Source: Felis catus
Lineage: Eukaryota
DNA: 64,000 nt
Reading direction: 5' to 3'
Assembly (NCBI RefSeq): GCF_018350175.1
Contig: NC_058368.1
Location: 166,162,001-166,226,000, forward strand
Shown here: positions 53,820-64,000 of the stretch, piece after piece
Layout: every line of letters starts with the position of its first letter
How positions within the stretch are numbered: the stretch's first letter is position 1
Made by a program: the position numbers and the translations under genes
The notes under the pieces: generated by a model
Told to the model about the DNA's origin: nothing
Seen by the model: the letters and a program-made list of their open reading frames with translations, nothing else
Databases searched by the model: none

Positions 53820-54820
53820 GCCCCCAACTATGTGCCCAGGAGGAAGAAGGACCTGTACTAGAAACTGACCCAGAGAACAATCCTTTGGATGGGCAGTTAT
53901 GGGAGCCCATCAAGTGTATGCCTTGCAGGAACATCACAGAAAGAGGAGCACCAGACAAGGAGAACAATCCGGGGCACTCTTCCACAATAAGACCTCGCCT
54001 GCAGATACCATCCATATTATCCCCAATGCAAGGCCGCTGCCTCTAACACCTGTCACCCAGCCCTGGCTCGTGGAGCACACCTACCTGGTGGAGATCCAGC
54101 GTCAGGGTCAAGTGGCTACTGGCTTCTAAGGTGTCCTGAAGGATGCGGGGCCATATCTGCAAGGAGTCCCTGGTGGCAGGCACCCCCCCATACTTGCCGT
54201 AAAGGCCTACTTTGCCTGCTAAGGAGTGCTTTGCTTCACCAGTCACCTCACGTCCCACGCGGGCAGAGAAGCGTTCTTCCGAACATGTTTGACCGCTGCC
54301 AAATACTGCCCTGAGACCCCTTGTGCCTGTTTGACCACTAAATACTGCTCTGAGACCCCTGGCCAGGTCGGGGCGGCGTCAGAGGCGTGCAAACTGAAGG
54401 ACCCAAAGCAGCCCCGCAAACTTCCGGGGAAATTGTAGGCGGCCTTCCCGGCAGCCCCCGCGCCCGCGCACCCGAGGATCTGCCCTTGCAGCAAGCCCCA
54501 GCGTTCTCCTCGCTGTCCTCCTCCCTCTCCTCTCCCTCTCCTCGTTCTCCTCCCAGAGCCTACTCTGGGTTGCAGTAAGGATGAGCTTGACAGCTTTTGT
54601 AGTCCCGCCCGGTGTCATTGCACAACATTAACACTTGAGGCCCTTTCTTTCGATATTGATTTTGAGGTTTCGGAAACAATGCAGATGCCCTGCAGCTGAG
54701 ACTTAATTGACGGGCGGGAAGGGGGGAGGGGTTGGGACACCCAACACTTTTTTTTTCAATTATTCAAGAGGGAAACTCAAATGTCCCCCCAATTTTTTAT
54801 AAATAAAAGCATTAAGAAAT
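53820..54820 (+). pseudogene. EEF2: processed pseudogene of eukaryotic translation elongation factor 2 (5'-truncated, internally deleted)
   Basis: PNYVPRRKKDLY*KLTQRTILWMG matches EEF2 [58 protein letters not shown].DP and terminal KL-TAG (54430-54438); EEF2-like 3' UTR (GGGACACCCAACACTTTTT, GAGGGAAACTCA); no introns; stops and frameshifts. Confidence 0.95.
54241..54720. promoter_or_regulatory. CpG-island-like segment, putative orphan promoter inside the EEF2 retrocopy
   Basis: About 28 CpG in 480 bp by hand count; GC boxes at 54371, 54604, 54712; ETS motif ACTTCCGG at 54420-54427; activity not shown. Confidence 0.4.
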
Positions 54821-54910
54821 TAATACAGTCTAGATTAAGGATAACAAAGTTATGATAATTTTGGAGTTAAAAGTTCCAAAAACTGAAATCTTTTAAAATA
54901 TACTGATGTT

Positions 54911-55140
54911 GGGGCATCTGGGTGGCTCAATCAGTTAAGTGTCCGACTCTTGGCTTAGGCTCAGGTCATGATCTCATGGTTTGTGAGTTTGAGCCCCAAA
55001 TCCGGCTGTGTGCTGACAGTGCAGAGCCTTCTTGGGGTCTATCTCACCCTCTCTCTGCCCCTCCCCAGCTCTCTCTGTCTCTCTCTCTTACAATAAATAA
55101 ATAAGCTTAAAAATTTTTTTTTAAATAATAAAATAAAAAT
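54911..55140 (+). mobile_element. Can-SINE
   Basis: Head GGGGCATCTGGGTGGCTC; TSD at 54895-54910 and 55141-55156. Confidence 0.95.
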
Positions 55141-55157
55141 AAAATATATTGATGTTT

Positions 55158-55380
55158 GGGGCGCCTGGGATAGCTCAGTCAGGTAAGTAAGTGTCCAGCT
55201 TTGGCTCAGGTCACAATCTTACCACTGGTGAATTCCAGCCCCCTCTTAGGCTCTGTGCTGACAGCTCAGAGCCTGAAGCCTGTCTCACATTCTATGTGTC
55301 CCCCTCTCTTTCTCTGGCTCTCCCCTCCTCGCTCACTCTCTGTCTCTCTCAAAAATGAATTAAACATTAAAAATATATAT
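55158..55380 (+). mobile_element. Can-SINE, tandem with the previous copy
   Basis: Head GGGGCGCCTGGG; followed by a third target copy ATACATTGATGTTT. Confidence 0.95.
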
Positions 55381-55960
55381 ATACATTGATGTTTGTAAGA
55401 TAGAGATACTCGCTTTGTGATGAATGTTTAATTTCGTCATACTTTAAAAACATCACACTTTGTCTCATTTTTGCACAACTTTTTAAAACAATCTCATGGC
55501 AGTCCAGTGACATACAAAACAAGTAAAATGTACTATCTCTTTGACAAATTTAATTTAATTATGATAATATGACTAAATTATTTTCCTATTCCAAATTATA
55601 TTAAACATCTGGTCTCATAACCTACGATTATAATTTGCTTCATTTTCAAGAACTCATTTTATCATAAAAGAAATGTAGATTATAGCCCTATAATACATTT
55701 GAAGTGTTAAATCCTAGTGTTTTGCAAGGCAACCTTGGGTAACATGGCCTGTTTTCTGCAAAGAGAAATGTTATGTTATGAATCGCTAAAAATTTATGAA
55801 AAGACCTTGATTATTTTTCATTGTTTTTTCTTTAAGTCACAGCATATTAAATTATCATTGCTTTCTCTAGTGTTTCAGTTTAATTTCTGTACTTGAATTT
55901 TATGTGTACAAAAGCATTAAAACTTCATATATGATCACAGGTTAAGAATGGTTACACTAA

Positions 55961-56172
55961 GGGGTGCCTGTGCAGCTCAGTCGGTTGGGCCTCTGACTTC
56001 TGCTCAGGTCATGATCTAAGGGCTTGTGAGTTCGAGCCCCACTTGGGGCTCTGTGCTGACATCTCACAGCCTGGGGCCTGCTTCAGATTCTATGTCCCTC
56101 TCTCTCTCTGCCCCTCCCCCGCTCATGTTCTGTCTCTTTCTCTCAAGAATAAATAAACATTAAAAAAAAAAA
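55961..56172 (+). mobile_element. Can-SINE
   Basis: TSD AAGAATGGT(TA/G)CACTAA. Confidence 0.96.
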
Positions 56173-56875
56173 AAGAATGGTGCACTAAATATTCTGAAGT
56201 CATTTACTATTGTTTTCCTTTAAAACCATGGCATGCTGAAAGGAAAATCTATGAAGCTACAAATTGGGGTGATAGAAGATTAGACACAGAAAATGCTCAG
56301 AAACAAATAGAATACCTAAAAAATAGTTATAATGCCTATATATTAAACCTATTCACATGCCAATTCTAAACATTCAAGATATTTTGAGGTCTAGAAACTC
56401 TCCTTTATGGAGCGAGTAAATGTTTAAAGTTTAAGTTAAGAATGTAATACTCAAGTGTAGAAATGACAGAAAACCTAATAGAAAATTCATCATATGCTCC
56501 TGAGATGTTTCCTTTTTCATTTCAAATATTTTGTCTTTTTTTGTTGTTAATATGTGCATTGCATTTGGTGCACTAATAAAATGTAGTTCTAGTATTTTGT
56601 TTTTATTACCATTATTTCAAATATTATATTTCTGTATTCTATTTGCAAATTAATTGTGTATCTGAAACACTTATTAACAGTTTGTCTGAGCCCAAGTCTC
56701 ATTTTCTTTAAATCACATTTCTGAAACTTATTTTAATTAAGAAATAATTTTTATTGATTGCTACTTGTATCCAATGTAACAAACTACCAAACAAACATCA
56801 AGGCAGTACAAGCATAAAAAATAAGCCGAAAGTTATTAACTCAAAAGGCAAAGAAACACTCTAAAAATATGAAGG

Positions 56876-57053
56876 ATGATCTCACAGCTCGTTAGTTCAA
56901 GCCCTGTGTCAGGCTGTGTGCTGACAGCTCAGAGCCTGGAGCCTGCTTCAGATTCTGTGTTTCCTCTCTCTCTCCCCCACCCCACTCACGCTGTCTCTCT
57001 CTCTCTCTCTCTCTCTCAAAAATAATAAACATTTAGTTAAACATGTTTTAAAT
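56876..57053 (+). mobile_element. 5'-truncated Can-SINE
   Basis: Starts at ATGATCTCAC; TSD AAAAA(T/C)ATGAAG. Confidence 0.93.
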
Positions 57054-58089
57054 AAAAACATGAAGTAAAACAGAAAGGAAAGGATTTTTTTTAATCCTTT
57101 CTGAGGACCTTTACAGAAGTTGAAATAGTTGAAGAAAATAATAGCTTTTGGCCATCCTTTGTGCAAACATCCAGATTCAGGGCAAAACTGAAACTCAGTA
57201 TATTTAGTCTATTACCTACTAGTTGCAAGTATGTCACTATCAGGAGAAACAATTTCTTTCTCACTTTGAGTTCTACAATGAAACTGGAATATATACACTT
57301 ACCTACACAAACACATATACATGCACACATAACTACATATACATATGTTAGATACACATACATGCAAAGAGTAATATTTACTTTAAAATGTAGCCTTGCA
57401 CAATTATCTGTATCTTTGAATATATAAGGTTTCCATATATTGCATATATAATGAAGTATAATATAAATTTAACTGATATAGCAAGTAAATGAAGTAATTG
57501 CTAGTGTTCAAAGCCCCAATTTCTAAGAAAAAAATTTAAAAAGCATTCCCTTTAATCCTGAATTTCAAAAGAACCTCCTGGTATCTTTGTCAAGTCTTTC
57601 CTTCCAGTGGGAAACAATTAATACTTTCTGACAAAATTTGTTCAACTACATTTGTTCAAATGTATCTGGTGTGAATTTTATGTGTGGGTACTTTGATGAA
57701 GGTTTTATGGCACAACATTACTTTCCTTGGTAGTGATTTTGACTTTTCAGTGAAATGGATCTTGGTGTTTGTCCCCATGAGAACACAATCATGCTTTCTT
57801 GCTGCTGCAATCAGTGCTTCGTGTTATTTCACAAAACATTCCTTAAAGGAATATATTCTTTCTACTTATCTATAGCGATTTTTTTAATGTAGTAAATTTA
57901 AATTTTTGGATGCAATTTGAAAGATGAAATAATTTGTGCCAGACCTAACCTTCAATTCTAAGCAAGTTAAATGTAATCTACTCTTCAAATCAGAACATAA
58001 ATTTAACTCTATGTGAGATTTCTCTTTAAGTTCATATCTTAGTACACACTGTAATGACCTTAAGAGCATTCTTAGAAATTGCTTACCTG

Positions 58090-58777
58090 TGGGAATGCAA
58101 ACTGGTGCAGCCGCTCTGGAAAACAGTGTGGAGGTTCCTCAAAAAATTAAAAATAGATCTACCCTATGACCCAGCAATAGCACTGCTAGGAATTTACCAA
58201 AGGGATACAGGAGTGCTGATGCATAGGGTCATTTGTACCCCAATGTTTATAACAGCACTTTCAACAATAGCCAAATTATGGAAAGAGCCTAAATGTCCAT
58301 CAATTAATGAATGGATAAAGAAATTGTGGTTTATAAACACAATGGAATACTACATGGCAATGAGAAAGAATGAAATATGGCCTTTTGTAGCCACATGGAT
58401 GGAACTGGAAAGTTTTATGCTAAGTGAAATAAGTCATATAGAGAAAGACAGATACCACATATTTTCGCTCTTATGTGGATCTTGAGAAACTTAACAGAAG
58501 ACAATGGGGGAGGGGAAAGGAAAAAAAAAAGTTAGAGAGGGAGGGAGCCAAACCATAAAAGACTCTTAAAAACTGAGAACCATCTGAGGGTTGATGGGGG
58601 TGGGAGGGAGGGGGTGAGTGGGTGATGGGTATTGAGGAGGGCACCTGTTGGGATGAGCACTGGGTGTTGTCTGGAAACCAATTTGACAATAAATTTCATA
58701 TTAAAAAATAAATTTAAAAAATTTTAAAAATAAAAATAAATAAAAGACTGCTTTTGAACTAAAAAAAGAAAAAAAAA
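58090..58777 (+). mobile_element. young 5'-truncated felid L1 (L1_Fc-like)
   Basis: Open ORF2 C-terminus WECKLVQPLWKTVWRFLKKLKIDLPYDPAIALLGIY to 58485; G-rich 3' UTR; poly(A); 16-bp TSD AGAAAT(T/C)GCTTACCTG at 58074-58089 and 58778-58793. Confidence 0.98.
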
Positions 58778-58808
58778 AGAAATCGCTTACCTGAATCACA
58801 AATAAGTT

Positions 58809-58844
58809 ACACACACAAACACACACACACACATACACACACAC
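58809..58844. repeat. imperfect (CA)n microsatellite
   Basis: Direct reading. Confidence 0.85.
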
Positions 58845-60259
58845 CTTTTCTTTTTGCTATGATATACAGCTTTGAGCAACTAATTTAGTTGGATAAAAAT
58901 CTGTTAATATTACCACATTATTTTATTAAGATGTTTGAATATTGTTTTAGATTTTTAGCAGACCTGTCATTCTTTTGGTTAAGATTTAATCACTTCCTAA
59001 CATGGTAGATCAGACAGATTATTCCTCAAGTGATAGGCACAGCAATGAGCTTCAGTATAGATCAAACTCTTCTGAGTGAAGGACAACAGCCTGCATGATC
59101 ACAAAGTATCCTCAGATGCAAGCATATGTCAAGACCTGGAACATGTCTGTTCAAAATATGCCTGATCCAATCAAAGATGTCCTTTATATGCTTTGGAACC
59201 TTAATCAAAGTAGTTGGAAGGGTGGGGTAGTACAGATTAAATAACGATATCAATTTATTTTTGCAAATGTTGATAGAATATTTAGTATGTACAATTTACT
59301 ATGTTTTGACCAAAGGAACACCTATCAAACTATGATCATTGATTGTATAGTGATTATTTTTCCTTTTCTATATATAAGCAGTTTCCTTAAAAATGACTGT
59401 CACTGGCAATTAATATCAAGCACACTATTCTTTTTGTTGGTATTCAAGTTGTTTTTGTATCCGTCTGCAAAGGCAAATTTTAGCATTAGCAAACCCATTA
59501 TTTCCTTCCAAAAAAATTTACCTCCAAATGAAAATAATCGCTAAGTTTCTCATCTCAAATGAAAACCAAAACGATGTCTCAAATGAAACCAGAATTTTAG
59601 AAAAGATTAGAAATATTTTGAAATGTTGAATTGAAACATGTAATCCCACAGTAATTTAACTGAAAAATATTTTCTTCAAATTTGTGTATCCCATATTGTT
59701 GACAGGAAGTTTTGATTCAAATAGTTCACCTGATGAGATGGAAAAAGTGTAAACTCGATATTTTAAATTTAACAGTGTGTTCTCATATACATAAAGCTAC
59801 AGTAAATAAAATAGAGTAACTTATGATACGCATCAATAGTGAGAATTGTAATGATAGTTTTAAATGTCAAATGTAAATTTGAAGATTGAAAATAAATTTC
59901 CTACACAGAAATGTACTGAGCATTTGTCAACCATTAAAGCAATGTAAAATGTACAAATCTGGTAGAAAATAGCAAAAGAGAAGAGTATGTTATTTTCCTG
60001 AAGATTTTGATAGGATTATATGATCTTGTTATTAAATGTTCTTTTCCTCTTACCTTTTAATAGTTGATAGTTTTCAAACAAATTGTTTTAGCAAAGAAAT
60101 GTTTGTGTTTCAAGCTTCAATAGCATTTCGTATTCTGTTTGAAATTGAATATGGCAGCTTTGATAAACCCTAAAAAGAATTCTTAAGAAGATTCTACTTT
60201 TAGAATCCTTAAGACATTTAAAGAAGGAAGATCATGAGTAGTTACTTCTACTCTGAAAA

Positions 60260-60464
60260 CAATTTTTATATTTGTTTTATTTTATTTTGAGAGAGAGAGT
60301 GCATGCACATGGGGGAGAGGCAGAGAGAGAGGGAGAGAGATCCCAAGCAGGCTCCATACTCTGTGCAGAGCTCAACATGGGGCTCAATCTCACAATCCTG
60401 AGATCATGACCTGAGCCAAAATCAAGAGTCAGTCACTTAACCCACTGAGCAACCCAGGAACCCC
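60260..60464 (-). mobile_element. Can-SINE
   Basis: TSD ACTCTGAAAA at 60250-60259 and 60466-60475. Confidence 0.95.
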
Positions 60465-61119
60465 AACTCTGAAAATGATTCTTATATTTATGGCACACTT
60501 GGAAATTTATATTGTGAGAAGCAAGAAAACATGACCAAACAGCATGTCTTATGAAATATAGGATCTTAGTTCTAGTACATAAAGTCAACTTTATTTTATT
60601 TTAAGGGGAGACTGTTTGGTTTTTGAGATGATCAAGGGAAAAGAAGATAAGCCTTCTGTATATCTGCGACCAAAAAAAAAAAAAAAAAAAAACTACATTG
60701 AATTCAAATAAGTTTCTAATGTAATTCCTTCATCCGACATTACTGTATCATAGTCTAAAGAAATAGGATACTACTATGATCCTACTGTCATTTTTTTGTC
60801 TTATAGTCAGTAAACACTACTATTATGTCGGCCTCCCACTAACCTATTATTTAGTAACACTATTCCTTACACCCTCATGAAAATAAATGAAAAATCACCA
60901 TAGACAAAATTGTGATGTCCTTAATAATTCACTTTGACTGAATACCTTTTCAACATTTATTATTCACATTTGTTAGGGAGATTAATGCATATTTATCCTG
61001 TGTCAACTGGGAATTTATGATTCTGTTAAAGAGATTAGCTACATAGTTATCATGTGTTAACTGGGTGACTACATTTTTTATACTATTCTTACTGGATTGT
61101 AGTGTACAAAGATTGTAGT

Positions 61120-61260
61120 ATGTTTAAATACCAAATATGTGATCTTTGGCAAGTAATTTAACCATTCCTATAGATGAGTTTCCTTATTTCTAAAATGGAA
61201 ATAAACATAGTACCTTCCCACAAAGCTTAAGTAGATCAATGTATATACATTAGTTAGTTC
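61120..61260 (+). mobile_element. MIR core fragment
   Basis: TGTGATCTTTGGCAAGTAATTTAACC..AGTTTCCTTATTTCTAAAATGG. Confidence 0.7.
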
Positions 61261-61631
61261 CTTTGTCATTAAACTAGTAAGAAATTCACTTTATAAATTA
61301 ATTAATATGAGAAAATTTGACACCTAATAATGTCCTCTAGAAATTTTCAGGGTGATATAATTGAGACACATGGTTAAATCTCATTGAAAATTAGTACCTC
61401 TGTTTTAACATAAAGTCAACCTGGGTAATCAAAATGTTTATTACCTACAAATCTGAAATTTTTCTTAGGAATAGTAAACTACAAATTATTCCAAATATTC
61501 TACCATTGTAAAAAGATAATTGTCCTTTATTTTCCTCAAATTTAAGTCAAGATTCATCTTCAACCTCTATATAAATAGAAAGAATATTTAGAACATACAA
61601 AATAATGTGTAATAATGTCAGATTGATTTTG

Positions 61632-62475
61632 CTTCTCGACAACTCACCTAAAATCTTCCTTTGCTGGTTATATATTATTCTTAATTCTGGGTTTTTTTTT
61701 TAGGGTTGTCTTCCTAAGATAAGTGGCTTTTAAAGTTAGTGACAGATTGCTGCAGATGGAGAGGCAAATTACTGCCACACTGTTGTTATCTCTTAATTGA
61801 CCAGTAATAGGGGCTATATCATCATGTTCCTAGACACACGGCTTCTTCTGTGACCAGAATACGGTTAGCAAATGCAGCAGTGCCTTTACATAGAAAATAT
61901 CCAATTAACTTTTTCCATTTGATATTAGCCGTAAATCCTCTCTTCTGTCTGAACACTTTTGTTTCAGTCCTATTCAGCAATATTGAGGTGTGGGAGGTTG
62001 GCCAGAAAGGATGACAAAAATAACGGAGAAGCCTGAATTCTTTGCTGAGATGGAACCAGGTACTTCAAGGCACCTGGGCTGCCTGATAATAGTTGTCTTC
62101 TACCCTGCATATTGGCTCAGTCTTCTTTCTAGATTTACAAAGCAAATAAAATTACTATTGGTTCTCATATGCAGTTGTGAGTCTAAACTTGTGGAAATGA
62201 TAATCTCACTAAGGCTCAGCCTTTTCTTCTGCCTGTAGGCAGTCTCTTATCAATTTCTGGGACTTTACTCCTCAGGCCCATATGAAGGAACATTTTTATT
62301 AAATTAGTTAAAAGATCCTTCACTGAGAGCTCTAGGAATATGGTTTTAAATCTCACATTCATGAAACTTTAATCTGTTTTTCCAAAATAGGACTGCAGTG
62401 ATAGAATACTCATACAGAGACTAGCAAGCTTCCACATGGGAGTCTGTGTCTGAACTTGGTTTGTCAAACATTTAC
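61632..62475 (+). other. second candidate EBLN-like element, unverified
   Basis: Collinear motifs LLDNS, HCCYLLI-VIG, FTKQIKL-SYA, PV-YQ-WDF, PSLRAL, KL..FP, QAST, SVSELGL against recalled BoDV-1 N; many frameshifts; hand alignment only. Confidence 0.3.
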
Positions 62476-62579
62476 TTATAATTAACACAACTAATAATAT
62501 TTAAATTGACAATTACAAGCTTATAATGATTTTTCATATTGGGAGGGAAGACTAGACAGAGGGTAAAGGTATAAATTAT

Positions 62580-62908
62580 TAACAACCAGCAGTGGGAGAT
62601 GTTTGCTATTTTGTGGTGGACAGCTGTGTTCAGACATGATTACTTAGTGGTCTTGTTTTTGTTTTGATCCACCATAGTCAGAGTAACCTTGTTTACTCTA
62701 TCATAGATTTACCCCAATTCTTGACAGCAAAACAATCTGGAACAAGTCCCCAGTTTCTTAAGCCCTGCCTCAAATCATCTCTAACATGCTCTTGCTGAGA
62801 CTTCCCATGGTTCCCCAAGGAGTGTCTACTTTGTTGCAACAAATAATAAATCTAACTTGTGAAACTATAGAAGTGTTCAAGCTGGTCTTTCAGTAGAGGT
62901 GATTGGCA
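62580..62908 (+). mobile_element. ERVL-class solo LTR remnant
   Basis: TTGCAACAAATAATAAATCTAACTTG..GTGTTC..TGGTCTTT..ATTGGCA 3' end. Confidence 0.65.
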
Positions 62909-64000
62909 TGCTATTATTTGGAACTTCATCTTTGTAATAATATACCAATATGCCACTACAACTTTTATCTCATCAAATAAGCAAACCTATGAATGAAATT
63001 ATGGAAGACTAAATTCAGTAAGACCATTTTTCTGTGAAAAAAACGGTCATTGAGGCAATAAATGATCAGATTAATTCAAACTGCTTTTTTGAGATGTGCT
63101 TTAAATTGGTTCTGTACTTCCTTCGCCATATTGAGTTAAGGTCTAAGTGTCATGGTTTATAGAGAACTTTCCCACACATGGCTCAGGTTCTAGTAAGGAA
63201 AACAAATGTGCGTGGAACTGTAGTTACAGGGACATTGTGAGCACCACATGAAAAAGTTTTAAAGGAACACAGAGATGGTTAGAGTGGAATGATGTGTAAA
63301 TCCTTGATTCAAGATTTGCTATAATATGTATTTTGGCAATCTTCATTGCTCTCAATCTTTTAATCAAATATAAACTACTGAACACTAAAATATTGTGAGA
63401 AGCTATAAAGTTCTAATGCAGACTTTAAAAGATATTCACTACAAGGAGAAACTACAGAGAACACAAATAAATATATTAAGAATCAATTTCATAGAAGGTC
63501 AAAATCAATCAATGATGTATACTTATTTGAGAAGATATGTGAAATAACCAAGGGATTAAAAACTAGTTAGCTCTTTTTAGTTATTTTACTAACATCACCA
63601 ATTTCCATTTGTGATGTAATACAGAAACAAAATATGGGAACATGAATTAATTTTTGTGACTTTTTTTGAAATTTATAGAACCAAATGTTTAATTTCATGT
63701 TTAAATATTTTTAAATTTTATCTTCCAAATTACATTCTTGGCATTTAATTATGTATGGAGTGTACTAGAAAATGTTTGAACAAGTAGCACTAATCATTAG
63801 GTAACCCAAAGTACCTATTTTATAGTAGAGCATAAAAATCCTCAATAAGTAAGCAGATTTCTTTTTGTCAAATAATACAGAATTGTTGTTAAGGAAAAGT
63901 TAACCTGTAAAAACTGGTATCGTTTGAGTACATGTATATTTTTAAAATCTGTTTTTGTGGTCAGTTTAATTTGCATTTGAATACAAACAACTGAAATGAC

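Noticed and set aside
53786..54618. Cluster of overlapping ORFs as a functional gene
   Set aside because: Explained by GC-rich, frameshifted EEF2 retrocopy fragments
58054..58485. 143-aa ORF as a host gene
   Set aside because: It is the ORF2 C-terminus of a 5'-truncated L1
4167..60464. tRNA-like A/B boxes and recurring similar ORFs (SAQVMIS...LTAQSLEP)
   Set aside because: These are Can-SINE heads and bodies, not tRNA genes, a gene family or a CRISPR-like array

Overview
AT-rich, gene-poor mammalian DNA from a cat-family carnivore, shown by 18 tRNA-derived Can-SINEs (including a young SINEC_Fc-type copy) and a young felid-type L1 3' end. I cannot support any functional protein-coding gene. 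The ORF track is SINE, L1 and random AT-rich ORFs. Much of the window is transposon debris (L1, L2, CR1/L3, MIR, MaLR/ERVL/ERV1 LTRs, hAT elements), often nested. The clearest non-TE feature is a decayed, internally deleted EEF2 processed pseudogene (about 53.82-54.82 kb). Its 3' part has kept or gained a CpG-island-like core with GC boxes and a newly created ETS motif, so it may be an exapted orphan promoter. More tentatively, two unexplained segments (37.2-37.8 kb minus, 61.6-62.5 kb plus) carry collinear, frameshifted motifs resembling bornavirus nucleoprotein (candidate EBLN elements). These are hand alignments to a recalled sequence, are not statistically tested, and need a profile search. 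Repeat subfamily names are from memory and approximate.
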